Shown here one piece after another: positions 27,391-40,155 of a DNA stretch of 64,000 nt. The number at the start of each line of letters is the position of its first letter. Position 1 is the stretch's first letter. Position numbers and translations under genes: made by a program. This DNA comes from the human T2T-CHM13v2.0 reference genome, Homo sapiens. The notes beneath the pieces were generated by a model. The model saw only the letters and a program-made list of their open reading frames with translations, was not told the origin of the DNA and ran no database searches. The DNA lies in assembly GCF_009914755.1 (NCBI RefSeq), contig NC_060934.1. One strand, given 5' to 3'.

Positions 27391-29994
27391 AAAAAGAAAT
27401 GTTAAATTTTTCAGGCAGAAGGAAAATTATACAAGCCAGAAACCTGTATCTACATTAAAAAAAAGAATAGTGTCAGGAAAGGAATAAATAAAAGTAATAA
27501 TGTTTCTTTAATTTTTCATTTCTTATTGATGTAAAATATATCTATAATAGTAACAATGTATTGTATCGTATTAAAAGTATATAAAGTAACATAGGTAATG
27601 GAAATTAATGAAAGCAATGCCACAATATATGAGAAGAAGGAGTTAAGAATACTTTGTTACAAAGTACTTGCACAACAGGTAAAGCAGTATGTTGTTATTT
27701 GAAGGCAGACCCAAATTAATTAAAAATATACAGTAAAATATATAGGCCATTACTAAAAATAGTTTTAAAGAAGTACAATTGATAGGCTGAAGGAGTGCCT
27801 AAAATGAGATTACATAAAATGCTCCACATCAGAAAAGAAAGAAAAAGAGGGGAAATAAAGAAAAAAAATGCAGCAAATGGCTATGAATATGGTAGCTATA
27901 AATCCAAATATACAATTAAGCACCTTAAATGTGAATGGTCCAAATTCACCAATGGAAAGAAGGAGACTGTCAGAGTGTATAAAAAAATCGAACTATATGT
28001 TTTCTATAAGAAACCCACTTTAAGTATTAAGACTCCAATAGTTTAAAATGAAAGAAATAGAGAAATATATTATGCTAATACTAATAATAAAAACTCAGTA
28101 GCTATATGAATTTCAGACACAGCAGACTGCAGAACATGTAAAACAACCAGTGATAATGAGAAAATATTACGCAATGATAAAAGAGTCCATTGTAGAAGAT
28201 ATAACAATCCTAAACCTTTATGCATGAACAACAGAGTATCAAATTACAACAGACAAAAATGACAGAACTGGTTTTTAAAAACAGACAAATCCATTACTTT
28301 AGTTAGAGACATCAACACCTATATCTCAGTAAATCATAGATAAAGCAGGCAGAAAATCAGTAAGGATATAGATGACCTGAACAACTCTATAAATCAACTT
28401 GATAAAACTGACATTTATGCAATACACCACCCAACAAAAATAGCATCTACATTCTTCTCAAGCATTCTAGGCCATAAAACACACTGTGGCTAATTTAAAG
28501 GAATATAAATTATTCACATATGCTCTTAGTCTACAGTGACATTAAACTAGAAATCAACAACAGAGAGAGGGCTGGACAATTTTTAAATATTGCAAATTAA
28601 ATGACACAATTCTAAATCTAAGGTAAAAGAAGGTGTCTCAGCAGAAATTTTAACATATATTTAAATAAATGAAAATGACAATACAATTTATCAAATTTTG
28701 TGGGATGCAGCTAAAGCAGTGCTCAGATAGATGTTATAGTATTAAATGCATATGTTAGAAAAGAGGAAATAACTAAAATCAATAACCTAAACTTCCACCT
28801 TTGAAACCATGGGAACAAAGCAAACTAAAGTAAGCAGAAAGAAATAATAAAAATTTGAGCAGAAATTAATAAATTGAACACAGGAAGGTAATAGAGAAAA
28901 TAAATGAAACTAAAGGCTGATTTCTTGAAGAGATTAATGAAATTATAAGTCTCTAGCCAGCCTAACCGTGAAAAAAGAGAGAAGACACAAATTACCAATA
29001 TCGCTAATGAAAGAGGAATCATCACTACTGACCATTAAAAGGATAAGGGAATACAACAAATAGCCCTAGTCCCATATATTTGATAACATATGGATAAATT
29101 TCTTGAAAGATACAAGTTACCAAACCTATTCAAGAAGAAATGTATTTTCTGAATGCCACTATGTCTAATTAAAAATTATATTGGTAGCTAAAAACTCCTC
29201 AAAAAATACTGAGGTCGGATGATTTCAATAATGAATTATATTGTACATCTGAGAAAGATATAAAGCCAATTGTACACAATATCTTCCAAAAAATTGAAGA
29301 GGAGAAAACATATTCTAACTCATTTTATGAGGGCAACATTACCCTAAAAACAAATTTAAAAAAAAAAGATTTCACTAGAAAAGGAAACCACGGATGAGTA
29401 TTATTCCTTGACATTGATGCAAAAATCCTTTACAAAACTGAATCCAGCAGTGTATTACATAGGATAATACACCATGACCAAGTGTTTTTCATTCTAGGAA
29501 TGTAAGTTTGATCCCACCTTTATAAATAAGTCAACGCAATTCATCATATTAACAGATTAAATTATAAAAAACATATTATCCCATTAATAAATGAAGAAAA
29601 AGCATCCAACCATGTTCAACATACATTCATAATTTTTTAAAACTCTGAAATAAACTAAAAATACAAATCCTTGTTTAACTGAATAAAGGGTATATATGAA
29701 AAAAAAGACTACAACTAACATACTACTTAATAGAGAGAGACTCAACACTCTCTCCCTAAGATTCGAATAGGGCAAAGATGTCCTTACCACTTTTATTCAA
29801 CGATATACTGGAAACCCCAGCAATGGCAATCAGACAGGAAAGGAAAATAATCTGTCTTTATTTACAGATGACATGACTTTCTTTGTAGATAATCCCAAAG
29901 AAAATTCCTAGAACTAATAAGTGACTTATGCAAAGTCACAACATAAAAAGTCAGTATACAAAAAAGAATGCTTTTCTATATAGCAGCAATGAAC

Positions 29995-30175
29995 AGCTAG
30001 ATATAAATGCTATAAATATAAAATGCAATATTTTATAAATTTTATAAAATGTAGTTATAAATATTTAATAAAATACTTATTTGTAATTATAAACATAAAA
30101 TTTTAGGTAAAATTTATAAATATACATTATAAAATTTTATAAATAAAAATATATTTATAAATATAATAGCATTTA
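29995..30175. repeat. AT-rich low-complexity expansion inside L1
   Basis: Repeated TATAAA/TTTATA units. Confidence 0.8.
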
Positions 30176-32572
30176 CAGTAGCATCTCAAAATAAAGTACC
30201 TAGGTATAGCTCTAAAAAAATATGCATAGGATCTAGCTATATGCAAAAGCAACAAAATACAGTTGAAAGAAATCAAATAAGATCTAAATAAATGGAGAGA
30301 TAATTACATGTTTATGGGTTAGAATAATCAATACTATTGAGATGTCAATTCTTCACAGCTTGATATACAGATTTAATGCAATCACAGTCAAAATTCCAGC
30401 AAACCTTTTGTAGATATTGACAAACTGATTCTAAAATTTATATGGAGAGACAAATTACCTAGAATTGCAAATACAATTCTGAAAACTAATAATACATTTA
30501 TAAGATTCACATTACTCAAATTTAATACTTATTGTGCAGCTGCAGTAATCAAGATAGCATATTGGGGTGAAAAACAAACATATATCAATGGAACAGAACA
30601 GAGAGCCTAGAAATAGACCTATACAATATAGTCAAATGGTTTTGTATAAAGGTGAAATGGCAATTGAAATAAGATATGACAACATTTTCAACAAGTAGTT
30701 CTGGAAAAATCAGAGGTACATATTTTTTAAAAGCCCTCTATCCTGGTCTCACAACTTATAAAACATTAACTCAAAATAGATCATAGACCTAAATGTAAAA
30801 TGAAATATGATAAAACTTTTTAAAGAAAACATACATAAAAATCTGTGTGATACTGAGTTTGGTTATGAGTTCTTAGCTACCTTACCAAAAGGTCAATTCA
30901 TAAAAGAAGAAATAAGTTGAACATTATTAAAATTAAATATTTCTGTGAAATATATTGTTAAGAGAATTAACAGACTGGGAGAAAAACATCTGCAAATCAT
31001 CTACTTGATAAAGAACTATCATCCAAAATATATATAGAACATTTAAGACCCAATAACAACAACAACAAAAAATCAAAAATGGGCAAAAATCTGTACATAC
31101 ATTTTACTAAATGAGATATACAGACAGTAAATAAGCATATGAAAAGTGTTCAGCATTATTTGTCATCAGGGAAATGCAAATTTAAAACCACTACAAACCT
31201 ATTAGCATGTCTAAAATCCAAAAATATGACAAAAGCAAGTGTAGGTGAGAATGTGGAGCAACAGAACACTCACGCATTGCACATGGAAGTGCAAAATGGT
31301 ACAGCTACTTTGAAAACAATCTGGAAAAACAAAACATAATCTTAACATATAGTCCATCAATTATGCTTCTGGATATTTACCTAACTGGTTTGAGAACTCA
31401 CAAAAAACTACATATGAATAGTTGTAGCCGTTTTTTGCATAATTGTCAAAACTTGGAAACAACCAAGATGTACTTTAAGAGGTGAATAGATTACCATACC
31501 ATGATAATCCTTACTTTGAAAACTCTTCAGTGATGGAGAGCCATCAAGCCACTCAATGACATGGATAAGTCTTAAATGCATGTAAAGTCAAAGAAATCAG
31601 TATAAGGTAACGTGCTGTGTGCTTCCATCTATATGACATTCTGGGAAAGATAAAACTATGGAGATACAAAACATAGTGGTTGTCAGAGGTTTAGCGAGAG
31701 GGAAGGGTTGACTGGATTAAACACAGGAGATTTTTTTAGGGCCATGAAATGAACCCTGGCATTCTTCAAGGCTTTATGAAGATCACAGAGAATTACAATT
31801 ACCCTTTGGATGGGATTTTTTTCCAATTGAATCTAAGTACATGTTATGCACTTTGAAAAACAGGTACTAATTGACTAGAGATCCTAACCTTATGGAAACC
31901 AAGTACTGTGGTGATAAATACATAACAGCATCTATTTAAAAAAATCTACAGAAGTTTACAACATAAAGAGTGATACTTGATGTATTTAAACTTTTAGTGG
32001 AAATATCAAACATGAGGTTTGAGGAGTTTCAGGATGTAATGTAGATCATGTCCCCAAAAATGGAACTGTGATACAAATGTATGCCATCCCCTCAGTGGAG
32101 GTGGTGGAAAAAAAAATGAGGCGTTGACCTAAGTAATTTTGGAAATAACTTGAAATCATAAGACTAAGGAAAATATTAATTGTATATAAGTACTGCACTC
32201 TAATTGGTAATATTGTTTCTAATAGGCACAGGGGTTAACAATTCCAAAACTGCTGCCCATCAATCCTGGCACTGAACAAATAAGTAGATGGATGAAGAAT
32301 GGTGAGAACCAGGTTTCTCACTGTTGGAGTGGGAGATTATAGATAGGCTAGGGGAGAAAGATACAATGAAACACACTATTATCAGAGTATATATCTACAT
32401 CTATGTATCTGTGAATCTATTTATCTGTCTGTCTGTGTATACACTGGCTAAGGTACTTACATATGTTACCTATGTCTGTTCACTGAGAGGGTGTGGAAGC
32501 AATTATACCACTGTAAGGGGTAAGTAAAAGCACATTCAGCACCTGAACCGTGGTTTATAATACCATTCTTTA

Positions 32573-32892
<320 letters not shown>

Positions 32893-34544
32893 TTAGAGAA
32901 ATGGCAGATTATAGGGCTGAGGCAAAAACTGTACATTAGAAATCTGAAACATCTTGTAGTGCTAGAAAGTAAGGAAGTACTCAAAAATGAAACGATGACA
33001 TTAAGTCAAAGGGACATAGGATCCAATTGGAAGATCTTCCATTGGACAAGGTGGACAGATTTGAGCAGCAAGATAAATAAAATAGTTTTGGATTATAACC
33101 TGCATAAGATAAATGTCCATGATTCCATACTGATATAAATAAATGATTAAATAAATAGGAAGAAGAGACAATTCTCCCATACAGAAGTATTCCAAATAAT
33201 GTATACAAATATTCCCCCTTCAAAGAAATGGAGTATAACTATCTGTTAAATATGGACTGCATGGTGTGGCTTGATTCCTGAAGGTACAGTGTACAAAGGA
33301 GGTATATGAAAATGTAACAATAGAAAAGTGAATCTTGGCAAACACTATCTTAGCCAGGTGATCAAGTTTAACATGATCAGTGATAAGTCAAGTTGATAGC
33401 ATTTGCCTTTCATATGTTGCATTCAGAATGACACTTCACAGCTGTGGTCCTCCCCGAAAGCAAAAATCCCAGTCTGACCACGGGAAGAACATCAGACACA
33501 CCAAAATTAAGACACATTATACAAAACACCTGGCCTGTCAAGGTTGACAAAAACAAGTCTGAGAAACTTTCACAGTGCAATGGACCCTAAGGATACATGA
33601 CAATTAAAGGTAGCATTGTATCCTGAAGAGGATCCTAGAACAGATAAATGACGTTAAGAGTAAAGTAGCAACATTCAAATCAAGTATGAAGATTAGTCAA
33701 CTTTTTAAAAACAAAAAAGGTTTTATGAGTGAATATAAAATCGACATCCTTGCTTCTCACTGGGCCATTAACTACCAAGCAAATTTTAAAAGAGGTAGGA
33801 GCATATCCACAGAGTGAAGAAAGCTCTGAGGTCTTCAAGGCTTTATGAAGACCACACAGTATCACAACTGCCTTTGGAAGGGCGTTTTCTTCCAATCGAG
33901 TTTAAGTACATGTTACAACTTTGAAAAACAAGTACTAATAGACTAGACATCCTAATGATATGGAAATCAAGAAAAATGTTCTTCATTCTTTCTCTCTAAA
34001 TTCTTTCACTCAGGTAATGTTTTGCCTGGAAATAGTAGTGCATGTTTAGATTACAAAATGTAGTAAGTTCTAATAACATCATCTTGCTAGGGATGAACTG
34101 CTTATAGGCTAAGAAATTATTTACCTTCTTAAATTTTGTAGGTATGACCCCAATGCATTTATGTTATTATTCGGAGTACTAATTTTTAAAAATTTGAAAT
34201 TGGGACACATGAGTAGTTTAGGGTTTGATTATTCTAACGTTGGAAGCTTTATAATAGCTACCATAGATGCAAAGAATGACACTTCCAGACCGAATCTGCT
34301 GACGGGGACTAGCTTCCACCAGACATCTCAGTAATCCTTCTAGCTGAGAAACGGTTGAGAAAAAAAATTGTAAAGGAGGTTTCTGGAGCTTTTGAATTGT
34401 TTAATTTTATGGGTAAGGAATAGACTTTAGTTTTAGGCTTTAATTTTGGTGGGAATTTGTTAATGGTTACCCATATTGCTCTAATTTGAGCCATTTCTGT
34501 GGTGCAGGTGCTGTATTGGTGTAATGCTATCATGCGGCACTCAC

Positions 34545-34580
34545 CATACAGTTCTTCAGCGAGGAGGATTGGTCAGGGGC
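34545..34580 (-). other. Candidate 36-nt microexon (APDQSSSLKNCM in phase 0)
   Basis: Minus strand ...TTCATTTCGGGTTTGTGGTTAG|36 nt ending ATG|GTGAGT; non-repetitive context; no transcript evidence. Confidence 0.2.
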
Positions 34581-34894
34581 CTAACCACAAACCCGAAATG
34601 AACAATAGAATACTCAGTAAGTATTTGGCCAAGCTTGCAGTGTAGTCTTGGAATTAATTTAAATGTTGGCTCTCTGACATATTTCACATCCTTCCATCTC
34701 ATTAATTCCAGAAGATATAAATGAGCAAGTGTTAAACACTGGGGGAAAACAACCTGGCTTCTGATCTCTTCCTTGCATAGTCAGCTGTTGCTCTGGCTGA
34801 TTTTAGACTTAAACACCGAAACAGCGAGCTAAGAGAGAACGCATCCACAAAATTGGGTAACATAAGAAGGATAATTTTTGAGAGACCACCTGTG

Positions 34895-35100
34895 TGCAAA
34901 TCTTTTTCTCCTATTTACAAGTTGTGTGATTTTAGGTAAATTATTAATACTTGCTCAACCATATTTCATCATCTTTAAAATGGTGAACTATAGTAGCACA
35001 TACTTCAAAGGATTGTTATAAGAGTAAAATAGGATAAAGTATAAGAAAAGTATTTATTCTAGTGTCTAACATACAGCAAGTCTCAAGAAAATTAGCGTCA
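34895..35100 (+). mobile_element. MIR
   Basis: TGTGTGATTTTAGGTAAATTA..TTTCATCATCTTTAAAATGG..GATTGTTATAAG core. Confidence 0.75.
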
Positions 35101-36453
35101 TTTTTATTGTATTTTTAAGAACAGCAGACAAGTGTATCTACTACTCATGTCTTATGCTACTTTCCTTACAACAAAATTATCCCAATGACCGTTTTGCATG
35201 GCACATTTATGATTTTCTATTTATTCCTGTTCCTCCATCCCTTAAAGCTGATAAGCTCTGCATGTCTGTGTTTTCATATGAAGATAGACTCTCCTCTTAT
35301 TTAAACTCCTCACCTCTTCACTCCTCCATGGGTCTTTTCCCTCACCATATGGCTCACCTCCTGCAGGAGCCAGCAGGTCATTAATTACTCAGTAAGGGTC
35401 TGCCATGCTAACCTACCTCTCAGAACCTTATAATAAAATATTAATGCCAAAAACTACTGAAAAATTAAACTCTGCATGATCACCCTTAGAGTTATGCAGT
35501 AATAACTGACAGTAAACTGTTGTTACCCAAACCAACTGTTAAAGTAAACTATGATGCCTCTCTGAGAAGTGGCTGAGGCAGAAGCACAGATCCTTCTCAC
35601 TCATTAATTTACGTTATTTGGGAAGCATCCACTTGTCACCCAGATTTGGCTGGTGAATAAAAAAAGTGGCATGAACTTATTTAATGAATTTTTTTCTCCC
35701 TGTGTATCATGAGGACAGAGTTTGAGTAAATTCAGTTTTAAGACTGAACGAATCATCTAATCTTCCCATCTCTTCACTTGCCTTTTGATTTTACAGATAG
35801 TTTCAGAGTCATACAATGAATTGCCCAACATCTTGTGTTGAATAGTGATGGCCATTTTTCAAATTCATTCACTTGTCTCCTTACTCTCCTATTTCCCCAT
35901 GTTTTTTTTTTTTTTTCAGGCTCTTACACTTACAGTTTGCTTTTATATTCCTAACAAATAGCTACCCTAAACTTATGAAATGCATATTCTTCCTTTGTCT
36001 TCCTTATGCTATTCTCTATTGCATGCTTTCTCCTCTATTCCTTTTAAAAATGCAAAATGTCAGAATCAGAGTGAAATCATCTCTTGAACACATTAAACCC
36101 AATTACTTTTATCAACAGCAGCACTAAAATATATGTTAACATAATTGATGGTTTCTGTGCCTTTATTTCTAAATATATTGTACAATATTTTATAAAAAAC
36201 ATTTATGTCTTAACATTTTCTAAATTAGGCTTTATTTTGTAAGGTGCTATTAGGTTCACAACAAAATTGAGTGGAAAGTATAGGCAGTTTCCACATGCCC
36301 CCAGCCTACATACAAAGACAGCCTTCCCATAATCAACACACTGCTGCACCTCCCCCCAACACCACCCTGCCCCAGCAAAGAGTGGTACATTTGTTACAAT
36401 TGATGAACCTTCATTGACACATCATTATCATCCCAAGTTGATTGTTTACATTA

Positions 36454-36838
<385 letters not shown>

Positions 36839-36971
36839 TTATAAAGAATAATTTCACTGCCCTAAAATTTCGCTATACTCTGCCTATTCATTCTTCTTTC
36901 CCCCTAGACCCCTGGCAACAACTGATCTTTTTACTGTCTTCATAGTTTTGTCTTTCACAAAATGTCATGTA

Positions 36972-39384
36972 TCGACACAACTAGTTTTATTGCATTTACG
37001 TTATTGCACTTCACGGACTGCACTTTTCATAAATTCGAGGTTTGTGGCAACCCTGCACTAAGCAACTCTGTCAGCACTGTTTTCCCAACATTATGGCTCA
37101 TTTAATGTTCCCGTATCACTTTTGGTAATTCTCACAATATTTCAGACATTTTCATATTATTATATCTGTTATGGTAATTTATGATCTTTGATCTTTGATA
37201 TTAGTATTGTGATTGTTTTTGGAGCACCATGAATTGTGCCCATACAAGATAGCAAACTTATTCTATATGTATTATTTGTGTTCTGACTGCTCTGCCAACT
37301 GGCCACTCCTCCATCTCTCTCCCTCTCCTGGATCCTGCCTATTCTCTGAGACACAATATTGAAATTCATTTAATTAATAACCTTATAGGTCTCTGAGTAT
37401 TCAAGTGAAAGAAAGAGTCATATATCTTTTTCACTTTAAATCAAAATCTAGAAATTGTTAAGCTTAGAAAAAAATGTTGAAACCTGATATGAGCCAAAAG
37501 CTAGGCCTTTTATATCAAATAGCCATGTTGTGATTGTGAAGAAAAGAAAAAGTTCTTGAAAAAAATTAAAATTGCTACTCCAGTGAACACTGAGTGATAA
37601 GAAAACAGAACAGTCTTATTGCTAATGTGGAGAAAGTTTGAGTGGTCTGAATAGAAGATAAAACCAGCCACAATATTACTTTAAGCTAAAGCCTAATGTG
37701 GATCAAGGCCCTAACTCCCTTCAATTCTATGAAGGCTGAGAGAGGTGAGGAAGCTGCAGAAGGAAAGTTGGAAGCTAGCAGACGTTGATTCATGAGGTTT
37801 GAGAAGAGAAGTCATCTCTATAACATGAAAGTGCAAAGTGATGCAGCAAGTGCAGATGTAGAAGCTGCAACAAATTATCCAAAAGGTCTAGCTAAGATAA
37901 ATGATAAAGGTGGCTACCCTAAACAACAAATTTTTAATGTAGACCTACCAGCCTTCTATGGGAAGAAGATGTCATCAAGGATTTCATGGCTAGAGGGAAG
38001 TCAATACTTGGCTTCAAAGCTTCAAAGTTCAGGCTGACTCTCTTGTTAGGGGCTAACGTAGCTGGTGACTTTAGGATGAAGTCAATACTCATTGACCTTT
38101 CCAAAACTCCTAGGGACCTTAAAAACTATGCACATGTGTTTATAGCATTATTTACTGAATATGTTAAGACCCGTGTTAAGACCTGCTGCTCAGAAAAAAA
38201 TATTCCTTTCAAAGTAGTACTGCTCACTAACAATGAACCTAGTCACCCTAGAGCTCTGATGGAGATGAACAAGGAGATTAGTGTTGTTTTCATGCCTGCT
38301 AATACAACCTCTATTTTGCTGCCCATAGATCAAGGAGTAATTTTGACTTTCAAGTCTTATTACTTAAGAAATACATTTTGTAAGGCTCTAGCTGTCATAG
38401 AGATTCCTCTGATGGATCTGAGAAAAGTAAATTTAAAACTTTCTGGAAAGGATTCACCATTCTAAATGCCATTTAGAACATTTGTGATTAACAGAAGTAG
38501 GTCAAAATAGCAACATTAACAGGAGTTTGGAAGAAGTAGATTGCAAAACTCATGGAGGAGTTTGAGGAGTTGAAGAATTCAGTGGAGAAAGTAACTGCAG
38601 ATTTGATAGAAATAGCAAAAGAACTAGAATTGGAAGTGGAGCCTGAAGATGTGACTGAATTGCTGCAACCTCTTGATAAAATTTGAAGGGATGAGAAGTT
38701 GCTTCTCATTGATAAGCAAAGAAAATGGCTTCTTGAAATGGAATCTACTGCTGATGAAGATGCTGTGAACATCATTGGAATTACAACAAAGGATTTAGAA
38801 AATTATATAGACTTAGTTGATAAAGCAGAGGGAGAGTTTGAGAGAATTGAATTCAATTATCAAGGATTTCATAGCTAGAGAGAAGTCAATAACTGGCTTC
38901 AAAGCTTCAAAGAGCAGGCTAACTCTCATAAAGTTTGAAAGAAGTTCTACTCAAACAGCATCGCATGCTACAGAGAAGTCTTCTGTAAAAGAAAGTGTCA
39001 ATCAATGCAGCAAACTTCACTGTTGTCTCATTTTAAGAAATTGACACAGCCCCCTGTTGCTTTAGCTACCACCATCCTGATCAGTCAACAGCCATCAATA
39101 TGTGTCAAATATTTTCTCTCAGTTTCTTGTTTATGTTTTCGTTTTCTTATCAAGATAAGACTTTCCAGCACCAAAAAAATTGCTGTTTGCTGATAGCTTA
39201 AATGATTGTTCACTAAAATATTTTCAATAAGGTATGTATATATATTTTTAGACATAATTCTATTGCACACTAACAGACTACAGTATAGTATAAACATAAC
39301 TTTTATATCCACTGTAAAACTAAAAACTTATGACTCCCTTTATTGAGATAGAACTGAACCCACAATATCTTCAAAATATGCCTG
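36972..39384 (+). mobile_element. Tigger1 DNA transposon (TcMar/pogo), near full length, transposase disrupted
   Basis: 5' TTTTATTGCA..GGTTTGTGGCAACCCTGC, 3' AATATGCCTG; TA on both sides (36970-71, 39385-86); DDE-domain remnants [43 protein letters not shown]. Confidence 0.92.
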
Positions 39385-40155
39385 TAGCTGGAATCATACA
39401 GCATGTGGCCTTTTCAGACTGGCTTCTTTAACATAATATGAACTTAAGGTTCCTCTATGTCTTTTAATGGTGGGCTAGCTCACTTATTGTTAGTGCTCAA
39501 TAGTATTACATTGCAGGGATGTATCACAGTTTGTTCATTCACCAGTTGGGCATGCTGGTTGTTTCCAACTTGTGGCAATTATGAATAAAGCTGCTATAAA
39601 CATCCATGTGCAGGTTTATGTGTTGACATAAGTTTTCAACTCACTTCAGTAAATGTCAGGGAGCATAATTGCTGAATTATATGTTAAGAGTATGTGTTTA
39701 GCTTTGTAAAAAAAAAAAAAAAAAAAAAAACTGCCAAACTGTCTTTCAAAGTAGTTGTAGTATTTTTAATTTCACCAGTAATGAATGGGAGTTTCTGTTA
39801 CTCCACATACTCCACATCCACACCAGCATTTGGTATTGTCAGTGTTTGAATTATCACCATTCTAACTGGTGTGTAGTGGTATCTCATTGCTGTTTTAATT
39901 TTCAGTTTCCTAATGATATGTTAAGTAGATTTTCATACACTTATTTACCATCTGTGTATCTTCTTTGGTGAAGTATCTTTTCATTTTTTGCCCAGGATTT
40001 AATCAGTTTTTTTTAATTATTGAGTTTTAAGAGTTGTTTATGTATTTTGGATAGCAGTTCTTTATCAGATATGCAGTTTGGAAATATTTTCTCCCAGTCT
40101 CTTGATTGTGTTCTCATTCTCTTAACAGTATGTTTCACAGAGCAGTAGTTTTAGA

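Noticed and set aside
33832-33930. Apparent synonymous changes between the two 140-bp copies, suggesting coding constraint
   Set aside because: The copies differ by frameshifting indels and contain stops; many changes are ordinary transitions
37986-38465. 159-aa ORF as a domesticated transposase (TIGD-like)
   Set aside because: It is a fragment of a Tigger1 copy with frameshifts, stops and an internal deletion near 38130
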